The translations under genes and the position numbers were made by a program. A stretch of 64,000 bases of DNA, taken from a virus. Lineage: Duplodnaviria > Caudoviricetes. Where the stretch lies: IMG/VR virus record IMGVR_UViG_3300043120_000039, positions 60,996-124,995 of that record; one strand, 5' to 3'. Of this stretch, positions 21,090 to 31,737 are shown piece after piece (the first letter of the stretch is position 1; each line of letters begins with the position of its first letter). Under the pieces are notes generated by a model. The model was given only the letters and a program-made list of their open reading frames with translations. It had not been told where the DNA came from and searched no databases.

Positions 21090-22041
21090 AACAACAATAT
21101 TTTGCTAATCTAGAAAAGCAAATGATGAAGAATCTCCAAATTGGGATGTATAACTATCTTGGTTTAGATGAAGAAGCTATCTCAGAAATGGATGAACTTT
21201 TAAAAGAGCATGATTTTGTTAAAGAAGTATTTGCTAATTCATACAAAGTTACTTTTGAAGACAGTATGCTAGACCAATTGATGGAGGAATCTGTTAAATT
21301 CGAAACCCTCATGAAGAAGTGCTATGAAGATTGTAACATTACCCCAGAAATCTTGGAACAACGGGTTTCTGATGCGATGCAACGCTTCCTCGATGATTTT
21401 CATGAACCTATTTATAAAATCGTTGAATCCTCTGCAAACCGTCAAGGCTTTATTCAGGAGTAGTATATGCAATTAGCAGCAATTTCACTGGAAACACTTA
21501 ATCAATGGATGGAACGGTATACTACTCTGAAAGGTGAAGAACTTACCCAAAAGCAAGCACTTTTTCTGATAGGGTTTGATATTACAAAGAAGATTGAAAC
21601 TCGGATGCAATTGTTCCGTTGTCAAAAAACACCTAGTAAAGTTAAAGAAGGTTTGGTCATAAAGGGCTATCTTCGAAACAGAGTAAAATCTCTTGACGAA
21701 AAAGGTAAGATTGTTTATACTAATATTCCACATCCACTATCTAAACTTTATGAAGAATGTGCTGTTGTGACAGGTAATGCACATCTTACAAATTTGATTG
21801 ATATTCTGGAAGTGGGTGATTATGACCCAAACAATCCTAAATCTAGAAAGGTGATTTAATGAAAGAAGAAATTAATACAGAAGATTTGACTCGCCTTGGA
21901 TTGACAGATGTAGATTATACTAAGAAATCTGATGCAGAGTTATTTGGATATAAAAATATTGAATGGGAAGGTTATCTTGATTTTCAACGTTGGAAGAATG
22001 ATGAAGAATATGATAACTTTTGCGAATCAGTACGAGATTAA
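21077..22041 (+). CDS. three hypothetical genes (21077-21463, 21467-21859, 21859-22041)
   Basis: contiguous ORFs with RBSs. Confidence 0.65.
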
Positions 22042-22053
22042 CAGGGGGTTATT

Positions 22054-22461
22054 GTGAAATGTGTTATTAACTTAGAAAACTACTTTAAAGATTATACCTC
22101 TAAAATACTTTGGAAGAAGACTTCCGCATTAGCACAAGTGATCCCGTATATTTTAAGTGACTATTTTCCAGAATTATCCGTGCTGCACTTAGACAAAAAG
22201 AATTTGGTGTGTCTTGAGGATTTTCAAGGTAATCGTTGGAAGGTTTGGTGTTCTAGGGATAATACTTTTGACATATCTCCATCATTAACTAAGGGTTTTG
22301 GACGTAGTAAAGATGGTACAGATATATTGAGTGATGCTAAGGAGAATTATTCTGGTTGTATTTTTATCAACTTGAAAGATGTTTATAGTGTTAAACTTTG
22401 GTTTAAAGATTGGAGATCCTTGGAAGTGTCTGAGAAAGGTAAGGTGTTTTTAGATGAGTAA
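22054..22461 (+). CDS. hypothetical protein, possibly a degenerate PD-(D/E)XK nuclease fold, coupled to MTase
   Basis: D.QGNRWKV...SPS..KG.GR pattern; overlaps the MTase start. Confidence 0.4.
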   Translation: MKCVINLENYFKDYTSKILWKKTSALAQVIPYILSDYFPELSVLHLDKKNLVCLEDFQGNRWKVWCSRDNTFDISPSLTKGFGRSKDGTDILSDAKENYSGCIFINLKDVYSVKLWFKDWRSLEVSEKGKVFLDE

Positions 22462-23209
22462 AAAGAATTCTCTCGATCAATACTATACGCGCCCAGAGGT
22501 TGCTCAATATTGCTTATCACTACTAACAAATTATCTAGGTAAGACAGATTATACTTTCGTAGAACCCAGTGCAGGGTGTGGAGCGTTCTTGGATAATAGC
22601 CTGACATGGGAAGCTTACGATCTTGAACCTAAACACGAAAGCGTAGTAAAATCTGATTTTTTTGATATATATGATCTTGAGAACAAAATTGTAGTAGGAA
22701 ATCCACCTTTTGGTTTTGCAAGTTCTTTAGCTCTAAAATTTATTAACCACTCGGAAAAATATGGGGCTACTGTTATTGCGTTTATCTTACCAAAAACTTT
22801 TAAGAAGGTATTGTTCCAAGAGAAAGTTTCCCATAATTTATCTGTTGCTTTAGAGGTGGATTTACCTGATAATAGCTTCATTCTTAATGGAGTGGTTTAC
22901 AATGTCCCTTGTGTATTTCAAATATGGGTTCGTAAACCTAGAGAAGTTTTAAAGTTTAATAAATATCTTGAAAAAGGTAATCCAGAGGATTATGATTTCA
23001 CAATTAGACGTGTTGGTGGAAGGGCAGGTAAAGTCATTAGTTTAGATGAGTTTACTGCATCAAGTAGTCTTTACGTGAAAGGAGATTTAAACCTTATAGA
23101 AAAATACCAAGATTTAATATGCAAAGAGGCTTCTTACACAGCAGGTGTTATGAGTATAACTCTAGATGAAATCAATTATATTATAACAAATAAGGAGAAA
23201 GTAAGTTGA
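22454..23209 (+). CDS. N6-adenine DNA methyltransferase, paralog 1
   Basis: DQYYT, EPSAGCGAF SAM motif, GNPPFG catalytic motif, VPCVFQIW. Confidence 0.9.
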   Translation: MSKKNSLDQYYTRPEVAQYCLSLLTNYLGKTDYTFVEPSAGCGAFLDNSLTWEAYDLEPKHESVVKSDFFDIYDLENKIVVGNPPFGFASSLALKFINHSEKYGATVIAFILPKTFKKVLFQEKVSHNLSVALEVDLPDNSFILNGVVYNVPCVFQIWVRKPREVLKFNKYLEKGNPEDYDFTIRRVGGRAGKVISLDEFTASSSLYVKGDLNLIEKYQDLICKEASYTAGVMSITLDEINYIITNKEKVS

Positions 23210-24084
23210 CAATCAATATCACAAAACGTGATGGTAGCCTAGAACCTATCAATCTAGAGAAAATCCATAAAATGATCACTGGTTGTGCAGAAGGTCTGGA
23301 TGTTTCAGTATCCCAAGTGGAACTTAAATCTCAAATTCAGTTCTATGATGGTATTAAGAGTGAAGATATTCAAAAGGTCATTATTAAGACAGCAGCAGAT
23401 TTGATTTCAGTGCAAAACCCAGATTATCAATATCTCGCCGCAAGACTAGCAATCTCTGATATTCGTAAACGTGTATACGGTCAATTTGAACCTTGTAGTT
23501 TATACGATCTAGTTACTAAAAATATTCAACTAGGTGTTTATGATGAACATATTCTTAAAGATTATACCAAAGAAGATATTGATGAGTTGGACGCTTGTAT
23601 CCAACATGATCGAGATAAGAACTTAGCTTATGCTGCGGTAAAGCAGATGGAGGGTAAGTATCTGGTACAAAATCGTGTCACAGGACAGTTGTACGAATCA
23701 CCTCAGATATTATATATGTTAGTAGGTATGTGCTTATTTTCTAAAGAGTCTGATAACCAGGTACGGATGCAAAAGGTCAGAAAGTGGTATGATGCTACAT
23801 CTACTTTTTCAATCTCACTACCCACCCCAATCATGGGGGGTGTACGTACACCAACAAGACAGTTTTCATCTTGTACTTTGATTGAGAGTGGGGATAGTTT
23901 AGATTCAATTAATGCAACGTCAGCAGCAATTGTAAAATATGTATCTCAACGGGCTGGTATTGGTATTAATGCTGGAGCTATCCGAGCAGAAGGATCTTCT
24001 ATTCGTAATGGTTCTGCCGTACACACAGGTTGTATCCCGTTTTATAAGCATTTTCAGTCAGCAGTAAAAAGTTGTTCACAAGGT
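23206..24084 (+). CDS. nrdA: ribonucleotide reductase class Ia alpha subunit, exon 1
   Basis: ATP cone ITKRDG, SLPTPIM, QFSSC, ends KSCSQG. Confidence 0.95.
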
Positions 24085-25120
24085 TATTAATAGCCGTGTG
24101 GTGTGGAAACATACCATATTATGAGTTCCTAAATTGCTGGGAAGCCATAAAGCTTAAGTGCTACAACATGACCTGTAAAGGTGAGTGTGAATGCTTAAAA
24201 AACTTAAGATATTACAATTGGTAATCAGCAGCTAAGACCCTATAATCTTCTTTAAAAATAGGAGGTTATATTGGAGAATTGGAAAACTATACCTTTTGAG
24301 GAAAATTACGAAGTCTCTGATTTAGGGAATATTCGGAATAGAACTACTAAGGTATTAAAAAGCTTAAGGTATGATAGGTCAGGTTACCTTAGAGTAACAC
24401 TATACCCGTCGGGGAAAACTTATTCTATTCATAGGTTAGTCGGTAGAGTGTGGTTGTCAGACACTTTCGAAGAATCCCTACAAATAGACCATTTGAATGC
24501 AGTAAGAGATGACAATCGTGTATGTAATCTTGAGTGGGTGACACAAAAAGAAAATGCAAGAAGGATTAAAAACAGACACGATGTATCTGGAGAGAATAAT
24601 CCAATGTCAACAATAACGGAAGATGTAGCTTTTATGGTAAAATATAGTTTTGATAAAACTATAAAGGAAATTGCCAAAGAGTTTATTGTGTCACGGGGTC
24701 TAGTTGAACACATCCGTAGAAGAGAGTGTTGGAAACACGTAGTTGACTCTGAAAAGGAATCAAAATTTCTTTCAGGAGAGTTGGATTACCCAAGAGAAAA
24801 GACCGCAAATCTTCGTAAGTCTGTTAGAGAAGCTTTGATATTAGATATTATCGAAGGTAGACTCTCTAACAAGGAGTTACAGAAGAAGTATGGTATATCT
24901 AGGTCATCAGTATGTAGAACAAAGAAGTTATACTTAAGTAAAGTTTGAAGATTATAGGGTAAAGTTCAACGACTATCCCAAAGGGGAGTAGGGGTAAGCA
25001 CTCCGAAACAGGAACCTCCGTAGTAAAATTACCGGAGAAGATATAGTCTAGTCTGCATGGAGACATGTAGCAGTTCATAAGAGAACGGGATGATACTAGC
25101 GCAATCATTCGAATATAACG
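24085..25120 (+). ncRNA. group I self-splicing intron in nrdA
   Basis: 5' splice after U24084 with P1 GGU/GCC; P AATTGCTGGGAA, Q AATCAGCAG, R GTTCAACGACTA, S AAGATATAGTCT; terminal G25120; splicing restores SCSQG|ALRGGSATLFYPMW. Confidence 0.92.
24271..24948 (+). CDS. intron-encoded NUMOD4-HNH homing endonuclease
   Basis: ENWKTI...YEVSDLGNIR NUMOD4, IHRLV, IDHLN..RDDNRVCNLEWVT..EN. Confidence 0.92.
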   Translation: MENWKTIPFEENYEVSDLGNIRNRTTKVLKSLRYDRSGYLRVTLYPSGKTYSIHRLVGRVWLSDTFEESLQIDHLNAVRDDNRVCNLEWVTQKENARRIKNRHDVSGENNPMSTITEDVAFMVKYSFDKTIKEIAKEFIVSRGLVEHIRRRECWKHVVDSEKESKFLSGELDYPREKTANLRKSVREALILDIIEGRLSNKELQKKYGISRSSVCRTKKLYLSKV

Positions 25121-26518
25121 GCATTAAGAGGTGGGTCTGCGACCCTATTTTATCCAATGTGGCACCTAGAGTTTGAAAGTTTAGTTGTACTCAAAAACAA
25201 TCGTGGTGTTGATGAAAACCGTGTACGTCATATGGATTATGGTGTACAAATTAATAAGCTTATGTACCAACGCTTGGTAGAGGGAGGGGAAATCACATTT
25301 TTCTCACCATCTGATGTAGAAGGTTTGTACGATGCTTTCTTCCAAGATCAAGCCTTGTTTGAAAAATTGTATATTGAAGCGGAAAGTAACCCTAGTATCC
25401 GTAAGAAAAAAGTAAAAGCTGTAGAAGCATTCTCTTGGTTAATGAATGAACGAGCCTCTACAGGACGAATTTATATCCAGAATGTAGACCATTGTAATAT
25501 TAATAGTCCATTTGATGAGAACGTAAGTCCTTGTAAACAAAGCAATTTATGTTTAGAAATCATACTACCTACAAAACCTTTAATGAATGTTAATGATGAA
25601 GATGGTGAAGTTGCACTTTGTACACTTGCGGCTTTCAATCTTGGTAAGATTGAATCTTTAGATGATTTCGAGGAACTTGCTGAACTTATTGTGGAAGCAT
25701 TAGATAATCTTCTTGATTACCAAAGTTATCCACTTCCAGCGGCTTATCGGTCAACCATGGATAGACGTACGTTAGGTGTTGGTGTGATTGATTTTGCTCA
25801 TTATCTGGCTAAGAATGGGGTTAAGTATTCGGATGGTAGTGCTAACAATCTTGTGCACCGTACGTTTGAAGCTATGCAATATTACCTGATTAAAGCCTCT
25901 GTTAAACTGGCAAAAGAGAAAGGCAAATGTCCTAAGTTTGATGAAACAAAATGGGCAAAAGGTATCATGCCTATTGACAGACACAAAGCTGCTGTAGATA
26001 CTTTACATAATGAGACTCTACATTATGACTGGGATAATCTTCGTAAAGATGTTGTTAAATATGGAATGCGTAACTCAACGCTTTCAGCTTTGATGCCTGC
26101 AGAAACATCTGCCCAGATTTCTAACTCAACTAACGGTATTGAACCACCTCGTGGTTATGTATCTGTTAAAGCTTCTAAGGATGGAATCCTTAAACAAGTT
26201 GTGCCTGAGTTTGAAAAACTAAAAGATAATTATGAGTTGCTGTGGGAAATCCCATCAAACAAAGGTTATCTTGAGCTAGTAAGTATTATGCAAAAGTTTG
26301 TATGTCAATCCATTTCGGCCAACACCAACTACGACCCAAGTCGTTATGAAAGTGGTAAAGTACCAATGAAACAATTACTGCAAGATTTGTTGACAGCATA
26401 TAAACTTGGTGTTAAAACTCTCTATTATCATAACACTCGTGATGGTGCTTCTGATACACAAGATGAAGTTATTATCCAAGAAGATGATTCATGTGATAGT
26501 GGTGCTTGTAAGATTTAA
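25121..26518 (+). CDS. nrdA: ribonucleotide reductase class Ia alpha subunit, exon 2
   Basis: QSNLCLEI, ALMPAETS, KTLYY, C-terminal CDSGACKI; spliced product 758 aa. Confidence 0.95.
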   Translation, partial: ALRGGSATLFYPMWHLEFESLVVLKNNRGVDENRVRHMDYGVQINKLMYQRLVEGGEITFFSPSDVEGLYDAFFQDQALFEKLYIEAESNPSIRKKKVKAVEAFSWLMNERASTGRIYIQNVDHCNINSPFDENVSPCKQSNLCLEIILPTKPLMNVNDEDGEVALCTLAAFNLGKIESLDDFEELAELIVEALDNLLDYQSYPLPAAYRSTMDRRTLGVGVIDFAHYLAKNGVKYSDGSANNLVHRTFEAMQYYLIKASVKLAKEKGKCPKFDETKWAKGIMPIDRHKAAVDTLHNETLHYDWDNLRKDVVKYGMRNSTLSALMPAETSAQISNSTNGIEPPRGYVSVKASKDGILKQVVPEFEKLKDNYELLWEIPSNKGYLELVSIMQKFVCQSISANTNYDPSRYESGKVPMKQLLQDLLTAYKLGVKTLYYHNTRDGASDTQDEVIIQEDDSCDSGACKI

Positions 26519-26562
26519 ATATTGTGAGGGTTGGAATACACCCTCTTTTAAAAGGAGAATAA

Positions 26563-27663
26563 ATGACATACTCAGTTTTTAATCAGAATAAAAATGACCA
26601 ACTTAAAGAACCTATGTTCTTCGGACAATCTGTTAATGTATCTCGTTATGATCAACAAAAACACACTATTTTTGAAAAACTTATTGAAAAGCAGTTGTCC
26701 TTCTTTTGGAGACCAGAGGAGATTGATGTATCTAAAGACCGTATCGACTACCAAAAACTGCCTGAACATGAACGACACATCTTTACATCTAATTTGAAGT
26801 ATCAGACATTGCTAGACTCTATTCAAGGCCGTAGTCCTAATGTAGCTCTACTGCCGATTGTATCTCTACCTGAACTAGAGACTTGGATTGAAACATGGTC
26901 ATTCTCGGAAACAATTCACTCACGTTCGTATACACATATTATTCGTAATATTGTAACAGACCCTTCTGTCATCTTTGATGATATAGTGACTAACGAGGAG
27001 ATTATTAAACGAGCATCTAGTGTAAGTAAGTATTATGATGAACTAATTGAACTGTCCCAATTGTGGCAGCGAGGGGAGTTTTATGATCTGAATGATATTA
27101 AAAAGAAACTATACCTGTGCTTGATGTCTATTAATATTCTTGAAGCGATTCGCTTCTATGTAAGCTTCGCTTGCTCGTTTGCTTTCGCAGAACGTGAGTT
27201 GATGGAAGGTAATGCGAAAATTATCAAGCTAATTGCTCGTGATGAAGCACTCCACCTTGCCGGAACTCAACAAATGATTAATATTCTACGAAATGGTCAG
27301 GATGATCTATCTTTCATGCAGATTGGTTTTGAACTAGAACAAGAATGTTATAACATGTTTGTTGAAGCGGCTGAACAAGAGAAAGAATGGGCAGAATATC
27401 TGTTCAAAGACGGTTCAATGATCGGTTTGAATAAAGATATCCTGTGCCAGTACGTGGAGTACATCACTAACATCCGTATGAAAGCTGTAGGATTAAAACC
27501 AGCCTTTGATGGTGTAACAAAGAATCCAATTCCATGGATTAATTCTTGGCTGACCTCGGACAACGTGCAAGTTGCACCACAGGAAACTGAAATCAACTCT
27601 TACTTGGTGGGGCAAATTGATAGTGTAGTACATGAAGAAGACTTTAAAGATTTTGAACTATAA
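26563..27663 (+). CDS. nrdB: ribonucleotide reductase class Ia beta subunit
   Basis: [36 protein letters not shown]. Confidence 0.97.
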   Translation: MTYSVFNQNKNDQLKEPMFFGQSVNVSRYDQQKHTIFEKLIEKQLSFFWRPEEIDVSKDRIDYQKLPEHERHIFTSNLKYQTLLDSIQGRSPNVALLPIVSLPELETWIETWSFSETIHSRSYTHIIRNIVTDPSVIFDDIVTNEEIIKRASSVSKYYDELIELSQLWQRGEFYDLNDIKKKLYLCLMSINILEAIRFYVSFACSFAFAERELMEGNAKIIKLIARDEALHLAGTQQMINILRNGQDDLSFMQIGFELEQECYNMFVEAAEQEKEWAEYLFKDGSMIGLNKDILCQYVEYITNIRMKAVGLKPAFDGVTKNPIPWINSWLTSDNVQVAPQETEINSYLVGQIDSVVHEEDFKDFEL

Positions 27664-27730
27664 CTCTTGACACCAACCATACCTTAACCTATGATGAAAA
27701 GGAATTCATCGTTCAACCAAAGGAGATTTT

Positions 27731-28225
27731 ATGAAAAAGTATGTTACTTTCAATAAATATAACGATATTCTTGATGTATGGGCTGGAGTTCTTGAACACG
27801 ATAAAGATTATCTATTAATTGGATATATTAATAAAAATAGTCAAGAACTTTCTTTAACCACTTATACTGTTCGTGTTGGTAATAAGGATGTTGATATCAA
27901 TTCATCTTTCTTCTACCCAGAACCCTCTCGTGAAGAGTTACTTCCACCAAAAGCATATGTTGAGGAAGAAGAATCCAGTTTTGACAATCTGGTGCGTTCG
28001 GATTATGTAATCCAAGAAGGTGATTACTTTGTTCTTAACAAGCTATCAGAAGAACAGAAAAAGTTTTTGTCGAAAGAGTTGCCTGTTTACGGTGAAGGAT
28101 TCTTTTCTGCACATTATAATCATTGTTATTATGACTATGAACAAGAATTTGTAGCTTGTAGTGGATTTGGTATCGAAGGTAAAGAACTTTCATTCAACCT
28201 ACTATTTGTAGAAAAATCCTCATGA
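27731..28225 (+). CDS. hypothetical protein
   Basis: 164-aa ORF with AGGAG RBS and TTGACA..TATGAT promoter. Confidence 0.7.
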   Translation: MKKYVTFNKYNDILDVWAGVLEHDKDYLLIGYINKNSQELSLTTYTVRVGNKDVDINSSFFYPEPSREELLPPKAYVEEEESSFDNLVRSDYVIQEGDYFVLNKLSEEQKKFLSKELPVYGEGFFSAHYNHCYYDYEQEFVACSGFGIEGKELSFNLLFVEKSS

Positions 28226-28402
28226 AACTTCGTTTCAACAAAGGAGACACTCTTGTAGCAACAAACCTTTCTACACAAGAGCAAGTATCTTTTATCTGCC
28301 CAGCAGATGGAATGTGCAAGCAAATGTTAACAAGGTATGTTGTTATGAGATTGAATTTACCGAAAGGTGATTATTTGTTTACTAAGCAATGAGAGGTAGT
28401 AA

Positions 28403-28924
28403 ATGGCTAAATTTGAGCCAAAGTATTTTTCTAAAACTTTAGAAGGCTTTGCTAAAGAAGTTCTTCCACCAAAAGTATTTGCTAAGGATGGGATTCAAGG
28501 TCTACGACGATTCGACCAACGCATCCTGGAGTTCCTAGATGAGTTTCGACATGATTGTGATGTACCTCTTACAGTTAATACCCCTTGGAATGGTACATTT
28601 ACACAAAGCGGTTTGCGTGATGATGAATTCTATGGAAGTTATGAAAAACACTTCTGGTCATTATCAGACCATTCTCGTGGAGCTGCTGTAGATGTGAAAT
28701 GTGATAAAGGTGGTGTATGGTTACGTAAGAAGTTTATTGAGAGGGAACAATACTACTACGATAAATATAGTGTTTGTTTCGTAGAGACTGGACCACTTAA
28801 AAACGGAAGCCAAATGTCTTGGGCACACTTTTCAATCAGAACTGACCTATTTGGAGAGGTAAAATACTGGTCACCAAAACTAGGTTACATTTCAAAAGAA
28901 AAAGTTCTTAAAGATAATCTATAA
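28403..28924 (+). CDS. peptidase M15-like protein (possible endolysin)
   Basis: SGLR, SDH..GAAVD and W.HF zinc-binding pattern. Confidence 0.7.
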   Translation: MAKFEPKYFSKTLEGFAKEVLPPKVFAKDGIQGLRRFDQRILEFLDEFRHDCDVPLTVNTPWNGTFTQSGLRDDEFYGSYEKHFWSLSDHSRGAAVDVKCDKGGVWLRKKFIEREQYYYDKYSVCFVETGPLKNGSQMSWAHFSIRTDLFGEVKYWSPKLGYISKEKVLKDNL

Positions 28925-28943
28925 CACCAAGGGAGGTGTGTAC

Positions 28944-29726
28944 ATGGCTAAACAAAATCGTCGTGCAGTTCAAGATCGTCGTGATGCTAAGAAAGAAGGA
29001 CGTACCCGACAAGAAGTTCAACCACAGAAGTTTCAGGAAGAACGTAAAGCAAGTGTAATTCCTTTGACGGCTAAGAATGAGAACCAGAAAAAAGCTTTAC
29101 AACTTATGGCGACTAAACAGTGTACCGTACTATTAGGAAGTGCAGGCTCAGGCAAAAGTGAATTGATGGGGTGGCACGCATCTAAGCGTTGGTTGGAAGG
29201 TGATGTAGAGAATATTATGATTACTCGCCCAAACAAAGTCCTTGGTAATGAGGCTGGTCATATCCCCGGTAATGATTTTATGAAGATGCTTCCTTTCTGT
29301 ATGAGTGTTCTCTTGAAACTTAAAAAATATCTTGGTGCGGGTATTCTGAAGAATAATCTTCGCACAGAAGATGTGGATGTCCTTTTCAATGAACAAGCTG
29401 GAATTCAAATTGTAAGCCTAGAGAAATTACAAGGTATCAGTGTCTCACCAACATCAATCCTAATTGCTGAGGAGATTCAGAATGCCACTGTTGCACAAGT
29501 AAAGTCCCTGCTTACCCGCATGGAAGAAGGTGCACAAATTATTATTACTGGTGATGTTACACAGTCCGCATTAACTGGGGAGAATGGCCTAAGTTACCTA
29601 TTGCGTAAGATTAAGACTCACCCACATGACGAGGTAGGTTTCGTAGAATTTACACCCGATGATTGTTGTCGTCTAGGAGTCTCTGCACACTTCACCAAAG
29701 TATTTGAACAAGATGGTCAGTGGTAA
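28944..29726 (+). CDS. phoH: PhoH-family protein
   Basis: GSAGSGKS, ITRP, EEIQN, LLTR, ITGDVTQS, NGL. Confidence 0.92.
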   Translation: MAKQNRRAVQDRRDAKKEGRTRQEVQPQKFQEERKASVIPLTAKNENQKKALQLMATKQCTVLLGSAGSGKSELMGWHASKRWLEGDVENIMITRPNKVLGNEAGHIPGNDFMKMLPFCMSVLLKLKKYLGAGILKNNLRTEDVDVLFNEQAGIQIVSLEKLQGISVSPTSILIAEEIQNATVAQVKSLLTRMEEGAQIIITGDVTQSALTGENGLSYLLRKIKTHPHDEVGFVEFTPDDCCRLGVSAHFTKVFEQDGQW

Positions 29727-29798
29727 TCAAATAACCTCTTGACAACACTTCCAGATGCTATATACTCAAAACTGAATCAACCAAAGAGGAGTAATATT

Positions 29799-30260
29799 AT
29801 GGCATCTGGTCTTGTTAAAACTTGGAAAATTAAGAATCTACTTGATAACAATTATCCACACCCTGATGATTTGGAACCTAAACTTAATCAGAAAGTAGCT
29901 GAATTTGCAAAGCAATATGAGAATAACCTTCTCAAAGAGAATGACTCTTTTGTAACACGAATCTTTCATAAACGTGAATTAACCTTTTCAGAATCAGAAG
30001 CTATTTCTTGCACAAGTGCGAAAGATGTAATGAACTTACCAGATTGGGTGGATTTTCCTTGCAAGAAACAAATTGTTGATGTTTTCAAAGATATTCAAGA
30101 TTTGCGAAAGATTCTAAACATCAAAGCAGTAGGTTCACGTTCTGAAGATTTTCATGTTATGGCAGAATTGTGGGAACTTCTTGCAATTGACAGAGTTTTA
30201 GATAACAAAGAGTATTATATGGAAATGGATTTTGTTATTGATGAAATTGAGTATGAATAA
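29799..30260 (+). CDS. hypothetical protein
   Basis: GAGGAG RBS before ATG 29799; the annotated TTG start is the -35 of a promoter. Confidence 0.65.
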   Translation: MASGLVKTWKIKNLLDNNYPHPDDLEPKLNQKVAEFAKQYENNLLKENDSFVTRIFHKRELTFSESEAISCTSAKDVMNLPDWVDFPCKKQIVDVFKDIQDLRKILNIKAVGSRSEDFHVMAELWELLAIDRVLDNKEYYMEMDFVIDEIEYE

Positions 30261-30275
30261 ATAGAGGAGATGTTT

Positions 30276-31151
30276 ATGACTTGTATTGTAGGTGTAATTA
30301 AAGAAGGTCATGTTTGGATGGCAGGTGACTTGATGGGGTCGAATGGATTTACTCATAAGGTATACCCTGATACTAAAGTGTTCCAAAACGGTGAATTCAT
30401 TTTTGGATATTGTGGATCTTTCCGTGTAGGTCAAATTCTCCAATATAACTGGGAGCAACCACCACGTATGGAAGGTATGACTGATCGAGAGTACCTTCAA
30501 CTGGATGTCATTGAAAGTTTCCGAACAACACTAGCTAACTATGGGGTTGGGGAATTCCGAGAAGGTGAGCACCAAGGTGGTAACTTCTTAATTGGTTATC
30601 GTGGAGGTCTATATGAAATGCAACCTAATTTCAGTATTTTGAAGAATGAAGATTTTGCTTCAATTGGTAGTGGCTCTTACCATGCAGACGCAGCACTTAA
30701 AGTTCTTACTGAAGATAATGATTTTGACCCTGCTTATGTTCTTCAGAAGGCTATCCAAACAGCTAGTTACTTTACAAACAGTGTTAGTGAAGAATGTACT
30801 ATTGTAACTACTGATGTTGAAGCTATCGAACGTATGGAAGAAGATGAGAAAAATCTTGAACAAGAACTTGAAGCTATGTTCGCAGAATCTCTCCCCAAAG
30901 ACAAATTGGAAACTCTAGATAAATCTACCTTGATTCGTCTAATTACAGGTGAAATGGAAGATGAAGAATTTGATTCAATCTTTGGTGACTATAATGAACT
31001 ACCTGTAGATTTGGAAGTTATCAAAACCACACAAGACATGTCTATGTTGAAATCTCTTGCTGATACTTTATCAGTTAAATATTCACATAATATCGGAATT
31101 GAAAAACTTCGCTCTCGTATCCTAGATACACTTGACACTGTAGAAGATTAA
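30276..31151 (+). CDS. HslV/proteasome-like Ntn-hydrolase peptidase with acidic C-terminal extension
   Basis: MTCIVG N-terminal Thr nucleophile, AGD, KVF, SIGSG. Confidence 0.8.
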   Translation: MTCIVGVIKEGHVWMAGDLMGSNGFTHKVYPDTKVFQNGEFIFGYCGSFRVGQILQYNWEQPPRMEGMTDREYLQLDVIESFRTTLANYGVGEFREGEHQGGNFLIGYRGGLYEMQPNFSILKNEDFASIGSGSYHADAALKVLTEDNDFDPAYVLQKAIQTASYFTNSVSEECTIVTTDVEAIERMEEDEKNLEQELEAMFAESLPKDKLETLDKSTLIRLITGEMEDEEFDSIFGDYNELPVDLEVIKTTQDMSMLKSLADTLSVKYSHNIGIEKLRSRILDTLDTVED

Positions 31152-31159
31152 TGCACAAT

Positions 31160-31195
31160 AGCTCTATCTGTAAAAAGATAGGGCTTTTATTTTAA
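31160..31195 (+). terminator. intrinsic terminator
   Basis: AGCTCTATCT..AGATAGGGCT hairpin followed by a T-run. Confidence 0.6.
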
Positions 31196-31207
31196 TAGGA
31201 GAACACA

Positions 31208-31726
31208 ATGCTTAATACAACAACACTTTGTCACCTATATTGTGACTTCTGTAAACAAGGTACTTTGCCAACAAAAGGTTCAGCTCAAGGATTTATTAAT
31301 CTTGTAACAAATAGTTTCTTTTTGCCAGTATTCCTTGCTTTTATTGTCAAGGAGAATTATTCTGTTCAGCAGTTTGAAGATTGGGAGAATGAAACTTTTA
31401 TGGACGGAAGTCCTGATACTTTCTTTGAAGATGTTGAACATGCTTTTAAAATGATGGATAATTGAATGAAACAATCTAAGCTTATTGGCAAAACTATCGA
31501 AGATTTCATCCATGACGTTATATTTGAGTATATCACAGAGATTAACTTCAGAGATGGTGAACAGCTTGAATATATGCTGTCTGACTTTGAAGAAAGAGTA
31601 CGTTCCAATGCTATTTACGAACTCGAGGAGAAGTGTACAATACTTGAGGATGACTTACAATCTGCAGAAAGTCGTATTGATTATTTAGAAGATTTATTAC
31701 AGGAGAATGAAATTGAGTATGAATAA
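31208..31726 (+). CDS. two small acidic hypothetical genes (31208-31465, 31466-31726)
   Basis: contiguous ORFs. Confidence 0.65.
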
Positions 31727-31737
31727 AGGAGATAACT

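Noticed and set aside
24061-24090. nrdA as a truncated pseudogene or split gene
   Set aside because: The stop at 24088-24090 lies inside the intron; splicing restores a full 758-aa frame
29739-29798. TTG starts coinciding with or just after TTGACA/TTGCAA boxes (also 40729, 47171)
   Set aside because: These lie within promoter elements; downstream ATGs have proper RBSs
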